DNA of 64,000 bases from Candidatus Bathyarchaeota archaeon (GTDB taxonomy: Archaea > Thermoproteota > Bathyarchaeia > Bathyarchaeales > Bathycorpusculaceae), in the NCBI GenBank assembly GCA_963811105.1, contig CAWEPZ010000011.1, positions 1,184,001 through 1,248,000 of the forward strand, given 5' to 3'. Below the pieces are notes generated by a model. The model saw only the letters and a program-made list of their open reading frames with translations, made no database searches and had not been told where the DNA came from. The position numbers and the translations under genes are program-made. Below, one piece after another: positions 40,193 to 48,813 of the stretch. How positions within the stretch are numbered: position 1 is the stretch's first letter; the number at the start of each line of letters is the position of its first letter.

Positions 40193-41130
40193 TTATGGTG
40201 CATCGCTTAGTTTTAACTCAGAAAAGTGTTCCCGGCTATTGTGCAATGCAAGAATTCTTACCATGTCGCCAATCTTTCTCTTATGAATCTCGTTGCCCAA
40301 GTCCTCGATTTTGTTTGTTCCTTCATGTGCTATTTCCAGAATGATATCTCCTTCAGCCATTCCAGCAGCTTCTGCAGGACTTTCATCAGCAATTCTGGTC
40401 ACTAATACTCCGCGGTTTATCGGTAAGCCAAAGTAGCGTGCAATTTCCCGACTTAAAGTTAGTCCAATTATGCCCAGCCATGGTCTTTTAGCGCCTCCTT
40501 CAGTGACAATTTCATCAGTGCAGCTTCTCGCAGAGTTTATAGGAATCGCAAAACCTATGCCTTGAGCAACTGGAATAATGGCAGTGCTTATTGCAATCAC
40601 TTTGCCTGTTACGTCTACAAGTGGACCACCACTGTTTCCGGGATTAATAGAAGCATCAGTTTGAACAAGATTCTCAATCAAGCCTCTATCTGATTCTATT
40701 GTCCTATTAACGGCATTGATTACTCCTGAGGTTACGCTTGGGCCACCTGCTAAGCCGAAAGGTTTACCAATAGCGTAGACCCTTTGCCCTACTCTTATCT
40801 TGTCTGAATCTCCAAGTTCTGCAGCTTGAAGATTTCTTTCATTACCGTTAATTTTACCAACAGCTATGTCGTGAATGGCGCATGACCCGACGATTGTTCC
40901 TTCAAGAACCTCGTTGTTGCCTAAGGTAACGTTGATTTTTGTGCTCCCCCAACCACGTGGTTGTTTGTCAAAATTAGCCCTTTGGAATCTATAATGGTAC
41001 CAGAGCCCATGCCTCCAATAGGCACTGCTTGGTAGAAAAGATTGTGAACAAGTTTTACAGTGCTTATGTTAACTGCACTTTTGCTTGCTTTTTCAATGAT
41101 ATCTAAAATAGCATTCTCATCGTATGACAA
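40193..41130 (-). pseudogene. htrA: HtrA/DegP trypsin-like protease with PDZ domain, single frameshift
   Basis: GSG..ILTNNHVV upstream of the shift, DIAV and QTDASINPGNSGGPL plus PDZ downstream; one A missing from the coding-strand A5 run at 40936-40940. Confidence 0.85.
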
Positions 41131-41188
41131 GAGAATTTCCTCAAAAAAAAAGGTGAACTCCGTTTTTAATAAATCTTAATCGCCTTAT

Positions 41189-41563
41189 TCAACGGCAAAA
41201 CAAGCAGGTTTCCGCCCATTCTTGAGGCATTTCTTTTTGGCAGAGAGGGCACATCAATCCTTTTTCTCTGATAGCCCGGCATGTTTGACAGAAAAGTGCG
41301 AAGATACCTGCTCTATTATTTGGCTCTTTTATGAGGGAAATTACCATTTGATCGATAAGGGCTAAAATTTCAGTTGAACCCTCGATCGCTAACAGGTTTC
41401 CTCTTTCTTTGCTCAGGTATCTGCTTATGGCGGATTGTGATAGCCCCAAAAGCTTCGCTGTTTCTTGTTCGTTGAATCCATGTTTTTCAACGATTTGTCT
41501 TGCCATTACAGCTTTTACTGCAGGCAAAACGGTTTTTACTCCCACTTCGCACGGTAATATCAA
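41189..41563 (-). CDS. HTH transcriptional regulator (COG2522-like) with C-terminal Cys cluster
   Basis: PCE....LPA, LGLSQSAISRY...RG, CQTC...CPLC...CLFC. Confidence 0.85.
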   Translation of the reverse strand: MILPCEVGVKTVLPAVKAVMARQIVEKHGFNEQETAKLLGLSQSAISRYLSKERGNLLAIEGSTEILALIDQMVISLIKEPNNRAGIFALFCQTCRAIREKGLMCPLCQKEMPQEWAETCLFCR

Positions 41564-41607
41564 GTTTTACACCAATTACTATTATTTTCGGGGGAAAGTT
41601 ATTTAAA

Positions 41608-41641
41608 TATGACGCTTGTCATAGTTTATGACGCGTGTCAT
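41608..41641. promoter_or_regulatory. Two tandem palindromic operators ATGAC-N4-GTCAT
   Basis: TATGACGCTTGTCATA (41608-41623) and ATGACGCGTGTCAT (41628-41641) between divergent regulators, adjacent to TTTAAAT. Confidence 0.7.
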
Positions 41642-41729
41642 GATGGAATACCAATAACAAAAAAAACAGTTTTGCACCACTACTGCTCTCTCACCATCAG
41701 GCAAACGTCAAAAAGGAGAGTAATAACAA

Positions 41730-42677
41730 ATGGGCAATGTTCTATTACCTACCCCAAAAACAAAAAACAACCACGATTTAGTTGGACTGCTTAAAACACT
41801 TAGCGCCGAATGCAGAAACTGTGCTCCAATATCTCCCCTGCAATGCATAAACCGCTGTCAAGTATACAAGTTGAAAAACGAACTAAGAAAACTTCGAGAA
41901 ACTATGGATAACCCTAACTATGTAAAAGAACTTTTCAACGTACTAAAAAATGAGACACGACTACATATTTTACGTGCAATCGTAAACGGCAGATATTCAG
42001 TAAGCCAACTACAACAAGAACTAAAAAAAACTGGACACAACCACAGCCAAGACACGATCAGCGAAGAATATTTAGGCCCATTAATAGCTGCAGGCTTAGC
42101 TAGCGAAGCACAAGATGAATACTATGCTACAACGTTCGGTGGACGATTAACTGAACTACTAGGTTGCTTCCCAGAATTTGTTGAAATGCTGCCCGCTCAC
42201 TCGGAATGTTATGAAGAAATAATCCTACAAGCTTTGCTATCAGGTCCTAAAACCTTCGAAGAAATTGAAACCGTCATCTCACCAAAAATCGCTTCAAGAA
42301 TCCTCAAACGTTTACGTTCAACGGAATTAATAGAAACCCCAATTGAAAGAGATTACATATTTTTCTTTAAATCGAAAAGAGACAGTAACAAGGAAACACT
42401 TACCAGCACCGAAAAAAAAATTTATTACACTATCGGTGAGGAAGGAATCTCTGCCGGAAAGCTCGCAAAAGAGACTGCACTTTCCATGAGAAGAATCTAC
42501 AAGTATTTAAGAAGCTTGAAAGGCAAAAAACTTGTTTTCATAAGGAAAACACCCAAAGCTTACGGTTTAACATGCAAAGGCGAGATGTTAGCATCAGTAC
42601 TCAAAGAGCTACAGCTAATTGTGGAAGAAACATGGACCTCTTCCGAGCAAGTTATGCACGACAACGTTAATTCTTAG
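41730..42677 (+). CDS. Multi-winged-helix regulator with N-terminal Cys4 motif
   Basis: CRNC-x6-CINRC; repeated wHTH-like segments. Confidence 0.75.
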   Translation: MGNVLLPTPKTKNNHDLVGLLKTLSAECRNCAPISPLQCINRCQVYKLKNELRKLRETMDNPNYVKELFNVLKNETRLHILRAIVNGRYSVSQLQQELKKTGHNHSQDTISEEYLGPLIAAGLASEAQDEYYATTFGGRLTELLGCFPEFVEMLPAHSECYEEIILQALLSGPKTFEEIETVISPKIASRILKRLRSTELIETPIERDYIFFFKSKRDSNKETLTSTEKKIYYTIGEEGISAGKLAKETALSMRRIYKYLRSLKGKKLVFIRKTPKAYGLTCKGEMLASVLKELQLIVEETWTSSEQVMHDNVNS

Positions 42678-42697
42678 CCACAAGCTTCCTTTTTTTA

Positions 42698-43183
42698 TTA
42701 TCCGCCACCAGGAGCTCCATGAAAAGGCGCGTTTTCCCAGAGAAGCTTCCACCAGTCATCTTCAGTTATTGTTTCACCCTTAACAATTATCTCCAGCACC
42801 ATCTTTAACATTTCATGATGTCTTTTCTCATCAGCCAAAATTGAGTTCAGAAGAAACACGACTTTCTTTTCCTCAATTTTGGGAATCATTTCCTCAAGTT
42901 TAATGATTAATTCTGCTTCTATCGCAATGTGTTTTTCCACTAATGCCCTTTGTTCATCAAGATGCTCTTGCGCCAATGCTGTGGATGAACTAGTCAGAAG
43001 CGTAACAGCGGCCATGTAAAGTTCTGCGTGCTTGATAGAATCAAGCGATACTCCCTTCAGTACCCCTTTTACAGCGGGATTTTTCATACCGGCTAATGGC
43101 TTCTGAAGGGAAGCGACAATCTGTTTTTCGACTTCTATCTGATTTCTTAAAAATTCAATAAGATTATTGTTTGACTTTTCCAT
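42698..43183 (-). CDS. Ferritin-like (rubrerythrin-superfamily) protein
   Basis: DSIKH and DEKRH di-metal motifs in a duplicated helix pair. Confidence 0.8.
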   Translation of the reverse strand: MEKSNNNLIEFLRNQIEVEKQIVASLQKPLAGMKNPAVKGVLKGVSLDSIKHAELYMAAVTLLTSSSTALAQEHLDEQRALVEKHIAIEAELIIKLEEMIPKIEEKKVVFLLNSILADEKRHHEMLKMVLEIIVKGETITEDDWWKLLWENAPFHGAPGGG

Positions 43184-43201
43184 AAAACTTATCCCACTCG
43201 T

Positions 43202-43651
43202 TTAATGTAGAGTCCTGTTCATCAAGTTTTCGGAAATTTGTTTCCCCAAATCTCTGCAGGCGCTAAGCATTTTTTCATCAGGAGCATATTTTACCAGTAA
43301 TGGTGGTTCAATCACCTGCATTTCAAACTTGTTTTTCATGATTTCCAAGATGTTTTTTGGTGCTTCACCGCTCCATCCGTAAGAACCAAATGCTGCACCT
43401 ATTTTGTCCTTCAAATTGATTCCCTTAACCGCGGCCGCCTCGAAAAGGTTTTTGAAATCAATAGGCATCTCATGGTAATAGGTCGGTGACCCAACCACTA
43501 TAGCATCAAAGTTCCCCAGTTCATCAGGGTCAACATGAAAATTTAATTCAACTTCAATCATATCGTTAATCTTTGTTCCTGCAGCGACAGCTTCTGCCAA
43601 TCGCTCAGTATTTCCGGTTCGGCTATAATACAAAACAAGAATTTTCATCAT
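43202..43651 (-). CDS. Flavodoxin
   Basis: YSRTGNT, GSPTY, FGSYGWSGEA. Confidence 0.9.
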   Translation of the reverse strand: MMKILVLYYSRTGNTERLAEAVAAGTKINDMIEVELNFHVDPDELGNFDAIVVGSPTYYHEMPIDFKNLFEAAAVKGINLKDKIGAAFGSYGWSGEAPKNILEIMKNKFEMQVIEPPLLVKYAPDEKMLSACRDLGKQISENLMNRTLH

Positions 43652-43766
43652 ACAACTAAATTAGATTTAATATTATTTCAACATTTTGGGATAATTGCCA
43701 AAAGACTGGCAAGTTAGAAATCTCGTTATTTACGTTTCGATCTAAATGCGCCTCCCCTTTGCTTTT

Positions 43767-43983
43767 CATTTTTCAGTTGATTCAGTGCTTTTTATACCCC
43801 TACTTTCGCCGCCTTCCTACCAATTTGCTTGTAGAATTTAGATCCCGCTCTCAAGCAACTTTTTCTCCTCCTTCTCTTCATATCTCTGTAAAATTCGGAT
43901 CCTCTTTCTCAAGCCACTTTCTATACACCTTTTTTACCAACTTCTTGACGGGTCATCTTTCTTTTTTCTTCACTCTCAATCAC
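43767..43983 (-). pseudogene. Decayed KGG/GsiB-like hydrophilin gene
   Basis: ESEEKRKMTRQEVGKKGV*KVA*ERGSEFY...GGEKVA*ERGSKFYKQIGR.GGESRG with stops and frameshifts. Confidence 0.8.
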
Positions 43984-44179
43984 CAAAATCATTCACTTCC
44001 AACTATTTCCGCAAAAAACTGTTCTGTTATTCATGCGAATGTTAGTTCTTAAAGTTAATGTGATTTCATTAAGTTAATCACAAGAGTACCAGACTAATTT
44101 CATATGACTATCATTCTGTGAATGTAAAATAGAATAGTTAGAAAACTGAAATGACATAAGACCAATGTTGTGTAATGCT

Positions 44180-44464
44180 TCATTCTATTTTACCGATTTC
44201 CTTTGTAATGTCTATTTGAGAAGCGTAGGTTTTATTCGGAAGCTTACTTTCTAAATCAATTACGTTAACAGGCGCGTCCTTATTTTGTTCGTTATCTAAC
44301 AGTTTCTTCTTTTCAGCGGAATAATGCATGTCGATAAGATATTTCTCGACGATTGCAGGACTGAGATGACTAGCTCTTCCGCGCTTATCGGTATGCTGAT
44401 GTCTTGCTCCTTTAGCTTGACCAAGTCCTCTTCGTCTAATAGCTTTGATATCAATATCGCTCAT
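44180..44464 (-). CDS. DUF2795-domain protein (possibly degenerating)
   Basis: SP..VEKYL..M.Y.A.K..L....AP..V....KLP.K.Y.S..D..K.IG pattern. Confidence 0.7.
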   Translation of the reverse strand: MSDIDIKAIRRRGLGQAKGARHQHTDKRGRASHLSPAIVEKYLIDMHYSAEKKKLLDNEQNKDAPVNVIDLESKLPNKTYASQIDITKEIGKIE

Positions 44465-44514
44465 CTTACTTCACTTGAAATTCCAAACAGATCAAGTTAA
44501 GAAAAACGAGTTTA

Positions 44515-44675
44515 TCATTCCTCTTCATGCTCTTTTCCTTCTTGAATAAGTCTGTGAACCCTCTGACAGCCCTTGATCCATATTCACCATGAAATTCTGG
44601 ACCATGTGTCTTCGAAGTCTTCAGTCCACACTTACGTCCAGCTTCTTCCACAGTCATTTTTTCTCGATTTTTCTA
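44515..44675 (-). pseudogene. Frameshifted KGG/GsiB-like hydrophilin gene
   Basis: KMTVEEAGRKCGLKTSKTHGPEF, then in the shifted frame KGCQRVHRLIQEGKEHEEE*. Confidence 0.82.
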
Positions 44676-44859
44676 AACCACAATAAGTCGTCTTATTTAA
44701 ATTTAGAATAAGGAAAATTTATAGTTTGAAATAACTATCACCCATCAACAATCCGAAGGGCAATTGTTTGGACAAATTATGCTACAGTCATATTTTGATT
44801 CTTTCAAAGGATGTACCTGTTATTGATTTTCGTAATGAAAAGCTCGATAAAAAAATCGG

Positions 44860-45111
44860 TTACGCTTCCTCATGTTCTTTTCCGGCTTGAATGAGCCTAC
44901 GAACTTTTTGTCCCCCCATATGGCCAGCCTCTTCTAAGCTAGTTTTTCCTCTTGCTTCCGGTGACCCTTCATGTTGCTTTGCACGTTTGGAACCACCTTT
45001 GCTACCTATTGCGCTATAGAATTCCGGACCATGAGTTTCAGACGTCCGCTCCCCTCCTAATCGCCCAGCCTCTTCAACAGTCATCTTTCCTCTCCTTTTC
45101 TCTTCATTCAA
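44860..45111 (-). CDS. GsiB/Em-like (KGG, LEA group 1) stress hydrophilin
   Basis: GGAGGTGG SD + TTG; GKMTVEEAGRLGG, HGPEFYSAIGSKGG, GGQKVRRLIQAGK. Confidence 0.88.
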   Translation of the reverse strand: MNEEKRRGKMTVEEAGRLGGERTSETHGPEFYSAIGSKGGSKRAKQHEGSPEARGKTSLEEAGHMGGQKVRRLIQAGKEHEEA

Positions 45112-45175
45112 CAAAACCACCTCCATCAAACTCTTATCGCTCTTTTCTCAATTTTCTAGCCCAAAACATGACTTT

Positions 45176-45209
45176 TAAACATATGTGGCTGTCCCTACAC
45201 AATAACAGT
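45176..45209 (-). promoter_or_regulatory. Conserved upstream motif of KGG gene, copy 1
   Basis: + strand TAAACATATGTGGCTGT...ATAACAGT, similar to 45978-46005. Confidence 0.5.
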
Positions 45210-45315
45210 GAGGGAGATCCCTTAGTTCCCATACTGATCTAATTACCAAAATGAAAATTTTGCATACAGAAAACTATATACTAATGGTGACAAATCCTAT
45301 TTCATCTTTTATGTT

Positions 45316-45504
45316 CTATTCTTCTTCATGCTCTTTTCCCGACGCCACAAGTCTACGGACTCTTTGCCCACCTTTGGGTCCGCCGATCTTTCCGCCTTTT
45401 CTTCCTATTTCACTATAGAATTCTTCTCCATGCGTTTGAGCTGTCCTTAGACCACCCTTCCTACCGGCTTCCTCAACCGTCATCTTGCCCCTTTTTTCAG
45501 ACAA
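45316..45504 (-). CDS. GsiB/Em-like (KGG) stress hydrophilin
   Basis: GGAGGTGG SD + TTG; GKMTVEEAGRKGG, HGEEFYSEIGRKGG. Confidence 0.88.
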   Translation of the reverse strand: MSEKRGKMTVEEAGRKGGLRTAQTHGEEFYSEIGRKGGKIGGPKGGQRVRRLVASGKEHEEE

Positions 45505-45598
45505 TTCCTTCCACCTCCAACAAAAAGAATTACTCTCTATAATCACGAAAGAAACATAACAAAAAAATAATCTAAAAATTCAATTTAGTTGACTTGTT

Positions 45599-45916
45599 TT
45601 ATTCTTCTTCGTGTTCTTTACCAGCTTGAATTAGTTTTCGGACTCTCTGTCCACCTCGGTGACCTGCTTCCTCCAAACTTGTTTTTCCCATAGCTTCAGT
45701 TGTGCCTTCATGCTGTTTAGCTCGCTCAGAGCCCCCTTTGCTGCCTATTTCGCTATAAAATTCTGGACCACGTTCCATAGAAACTTTTTCGCCGCCTTTT
45801 CTTCCTATTTCCTCATAAAATTCTTTTCCGTGAGTTGAAGCGGTTTTTTCTCCACCTCTTCTACCTGCTTCTGCAACGGTCATTTTGCCTTTTTTACTTT
45901 CGTCACGCATACTCAA
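45599..45916 (-). CDS. GsiB/Em-like (KGG) stress hydrophilin with tandem 20-aa repeats
   Basis: GGAGGTGG SD; repeats GGEKTASTHGKEFYEEIGRK / GGEKVSMERGPEFYSEIGSK. Confidence 0.9.
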   Translation of the reverse strand: MSMRDESKKGKMTVAEAGRRGGEKTASTHGKEFYEEIGRKGGEKVSMERGPEFYSEIGSKGGSERAKQHEGTTEAMGKTSLEEAGHRGGQRVRKLIQAGKEHEEE

Positions 45917-45977
45917 GAATTCCACCTCCGCTGAAAGTTCCGAAAAGCTAACAAGATTAATGTCGAATAACTGCTCA

Positions 45978-46005
45978 TAAACCTATGTGGTTGTACCATA
46001 ACAGT
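45978..46005 (-). promoter_or_regulatory. Conserved upstream motif of KGG gene, copy 2
   Basis: + strand TAAACCTATGTGGTTGTACCATAACAGT. Confidence 0.5.
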
Positions 46006-46156
46006 AACACATTCAACTAAGCAGGGCAGTAATTTACTGCGCATGAAAAAAATAAATAAGAAAAAGATAGCCTCAAGCAATGCTCTATATAATACTAATG
46101 TTGATTCAACTTAAATATGGCCGGATGGTCAAATTAATAATCATTGGGTAACCTGA

Positions 46157-47638
46157 ATGAAAATACTTCTCATTAATCCACCGCAAACTTTTTACCCAGG
46201 CTCCGACCAACCTGCTGGAAACCTGCCTTTAGGCTTAATGTACATTGCAGCAGTACTCGAAAAGTCAGGTTACCAAACAGAAATTCTAGATGCCTTCATG
46301 ACTGATGACGAGTTCCAAAAAAAAGGTGAAATCACAAATGTCGGAATGTCTTTTGAGCGGATAAAGCAGCAAATAAATAGGCACAAACCAGACATTGTTG
46401 GTATAGCAGGCCCATTCACTTGTCAAATAGACAAATCAATCAAAATAAGCAGTTTAGCCAAAGAAGTTGACACAAACATTTTAACTGTTGTAGGCGGTCC
46501 ACACGTTACTACTGTGCCAAAGGAATTCCTTGAAGAAGCAAAAACCGTAGACATTGCAGTGACAGGCGAAGGCGAATATGCGATGCTAGACATTGCCCAG
46601 TATTTTGAAGACAAAAAACAGTTAAGCGAAATTCTGGGAATTGCCTACCGCAAAAATGGACAAATCATTGTAAATTTTCCAAGACCATTCATTAAGGATT
46701 TGGATGAGCTTCCCTATCCGGCTTACAACTTGGTCAATATGAAGCAGTACCTAAGCCCCAAAAAAATAGGCTACCGCAGCTTCAGAAACAGAGCAATATC
46801 AATGATCACCAGCAGGGGCTGCCCATTTAAATGCTGCTTCTGTTCGGTTCATTTACATATGGGAAGTGAATTTAGAGCAAACTCTGCAACCTACGTAGTA
46901 AATCACATTAAATACGTTGTTGACAAATTCAAAGTCCGGAACATTTTCTTTGAAGACGACAATCTGACTTTCGATATTCCAAGATTTGAAGCTATTTGCG
47001 ATGACATAATCGAGAAAAAAATAAAGATAGGTTGGGAAACGCCAAACGGGGTCCGAGCAGACTGCCTAAACCTTAATTTACTTCAAAAAATGAAGAAATC
47101 TGGTTGCCAAAGCGTCTTTTTCGGCGTAGAATCAGGTGATCAACAAATTCTAACTAATGTAATCTGCAAAAACCTCGACCTAAACCGTGTAATGGAAGTT
47201 GCGAAAATGGCTCGAGAGATTGGTCTAAAAACGGGAGGATTTTACATTATTGGGTTTCCAGGTGAGAAAAAGGAGAATATGATAAAAACCGTTGATTTTG
47301 CCTTAATGCTTAAGCGTAATTTTGATGTTGGTATGCACTTGTTTATTGCAACGCCTTCGTATGGGACTAGGCTGTATGAGGAGTGTAGAGCGAAGGGGTA
47401 TATCGAGGAAGACTTGACGTGGAATTCGTTTGCTCAAGCGCGTCAACCAAAAGGCATGCCATTGATTTCAACAGAAGATTTTACTTCTGAAGAAGTGAAA
47501 GCAATAGCGGCTAAGGCTCTTGAGGAGTATAAGAAATTATCGTTAATTAATCATGTTAAGAACCCAAGAAAAGCTTTGGAAACTGCGTTTGCCCAGCCTC
47601 AACTCATCATCAAGTACGTTAGAAACTTGTTTAGTTAG
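46157..47638 (+). CDS. Cobalamin-binding radical SAM protein
   Basis: PLGL.YIA, GGPH, SRGCPFKCCFC, FEDDN. Confidence 0.92.
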   Translation: MKILLINPPQTFYPGSDQPAGNLPLGLMYIAAVLEKSGYQTEILDAFMTDDEFQKKGEITNVGMSFERIKQQINRHKPDIVGIAGPFTCQIDKSIKISSLAKEVDTNILTVVGGPHVTTVPKEFLEEAKTVDIAVTGEGEYAMLDIAQYFEDKKQLSEILGIAYRKNGQIIVNFPRPFIKDLDELPYPAYNLVNMKQYLSPKKIGYRSFRNRAISMITSRGCPFKCCFCSVHLHMGSEFRANSATYVVNHIKYVVDKFKVRNIFFEDDNLTFDIPRFEAICDDIIEKKIKIGWETPNGVRADCLNLNLLQKMKKSGCQSVFFGVESGDQQILTNVICKNLDLNRVMEVAKMAREIGLKTGGFYIIGFPGEKKENMIKTVDFALMLKRNFDVGMHLFIATPSYGTRLYEECRAKGYIEEDLTWNSFAQARQPKGMPLISTEDFTSEEVKAIAAKALEEYKKLSLINHVKNPRKALETAFAQPQLIIKYVRNLFS

Positions 47639-47674
47639 AATTATGAAGCCCCAACTTCATGAAAATTAACAAAG

Positions 47675-47749
47675 CGGGCCCGCTGGGATTTGAACCCAGG
47701 ATTCTCGGCTCCGGAGGCCGATGCCTTATCCGTACTAGACTACGAGCCC
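47675..47749 (-). tRNA. tRNA-Arg(CCG), intronless
   Basis: GGGCTCG/CGGGCCC acceptor stem, TCGGC-CTCCGGA-GCCGA anticodon arm, CTGGG-TTCAAAT-CCCAG T arm. Confidence 0.96.
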
Positions 47750-47794
47750 GCAACTGCCAAACAAATATGACTTTGCGATTTAAAGCTAACCTTG

Positions 47795-48295
47795 CTATTC
47801 CTGAATTAACTCTTCGTTTACCCACCAGGCCTTCTTCTTGCCAGACCTTTCTCCTGCGTAATACTCGATTATAGATTTTCCAATCTGTTTTTTGGAGGTT
47901 TTCTCAATTTTCCGAAGCCTATTTAGAATGAGCCACCTGTTGGTTTTAACATAATCTGCCAATTCAGGTGTTGTTGCGCTTTTGTAATGAAGCAGATACT
48001 CCATTATTTTATGATCCACTTCATCAATACAAAAAGATTGCGGGTTAATCTTACCGTGCTGAAACGTAAGCAACTCCAAATCAGCAAGGTACTTCCTTAG
48101 TTGACCAAACTCCACCTCAATTTTGCTCATCCTCTCTAGCAAAGCTAAAAGCGTATCAGCCTTAGGCGTTTTCTGCAGCTTCTCGTTTATAGCTTCCCTG
48201 ACAAAGTTACTCCTATCACCTTCCGGAACACGCAGCGCCATTTCATGGTAGACATCTTCTGGAATTTTTACTGAAATGATTCTAACTTCGCTCAA
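47795..48295 (-). CDS. RHH plus C-terminal wHTH DNA-binding protein
   Basis: ISVKIPE...RSNFVREAI; TTPELA...LNRL. Confidence 0.75.
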   Translation of the reverse strand: MSEVRIISVKIPEDVYHEMALRVPEGDRSNFVREAINEKLQKTPKADTLLALLERMSKIEVEFGQLRKYLADLELLTFQHGKINPQSFCIDEVDHKIMEYLLHYKSATTPELADYVKTNRWLILNRLRKIEKTSKKQIGKSIIEYYAGERSGKKKAWWVNEELIQE

Positions 48296-48591
48296 CTTAG
48301 GCTCCTCATCAACGAGATACTTACGTTTTGATATTTCTTTTTTTCCATACTTGAAAATCTGAATTATGAAAAAATTAAATGCGTTGTTCGCTTCGGTTTA
48401 GGTGGGGCTGTATTTGGCCAAAAAAGTGACAATCTCCATCATTAGTTGTGAGTGAGCTCTTTGGCTGCGCCACATACTGTTTCCAACCCTCTTTTTGACA
48501 TAGCCGAAAAAAAAACTTGAAAAAGCCGTGAATAAAGGTATAATTAATAACTTTTTTTGTTTTCAGTGCAAGCAATGATCTTGAATTGCTC

Positions 48592-48813
48592 ATGTCTCAT
48601 GAAAATGGGGATCTACACAGTGACCTCCATAGGTTTGCATGGGACACTCTTAATGAAGCAGCGAATAAAGCATTAAAATTAAAACTCTACGCTGCAGGGC
48701 AGGACCTTCTAAAAGACACGTTCTGCTGCAATGTTTGCGGAATGGACCCAAGAGTTGCAGAAATGGAAATTGAAGAACGCGCTTTAGACCCTATTGTGGT
48801 TTTTTGCTGCTGA
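48592..48813 (+). CDS. Small Cys-rich hypothetical protein
   Basis: CCNVC motif and terminal CC. Confidence 0.55.
   Translation: MSHENGDLHSDLHRFAWDTLNEAANKALKLKLYAAGQDLLKDTFCCNVCGMDPRVAEMEIEERALDPIVVFCC

Noticed and set aside
43845-43925. Two aligned TGA codons (KVA*ERG) as selenocysteine or readthrough
   Set aside because: The same gene also has a TAG and frameshifts; CGA-to-TGA decay in a pseudogene is simpler
43767-45916. Repeats as a CRISPR array or non-coding tandem repeat
   Set aside because: Repeats are in-frame protein modules varying at synonymous positions; no spacers and no cas genes
27000-47749. Stress region as an island integrated at tRNA-Arg
   Set aside because: No duplicated tRNA 3' end and no integrase were seen, and housekeeping-type genes such as nth are interspersed
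47631-47874. Track ORFs 47631-47825 and 47659-47874
   Set aside because: They overlap tRNA-Arg and are spurious
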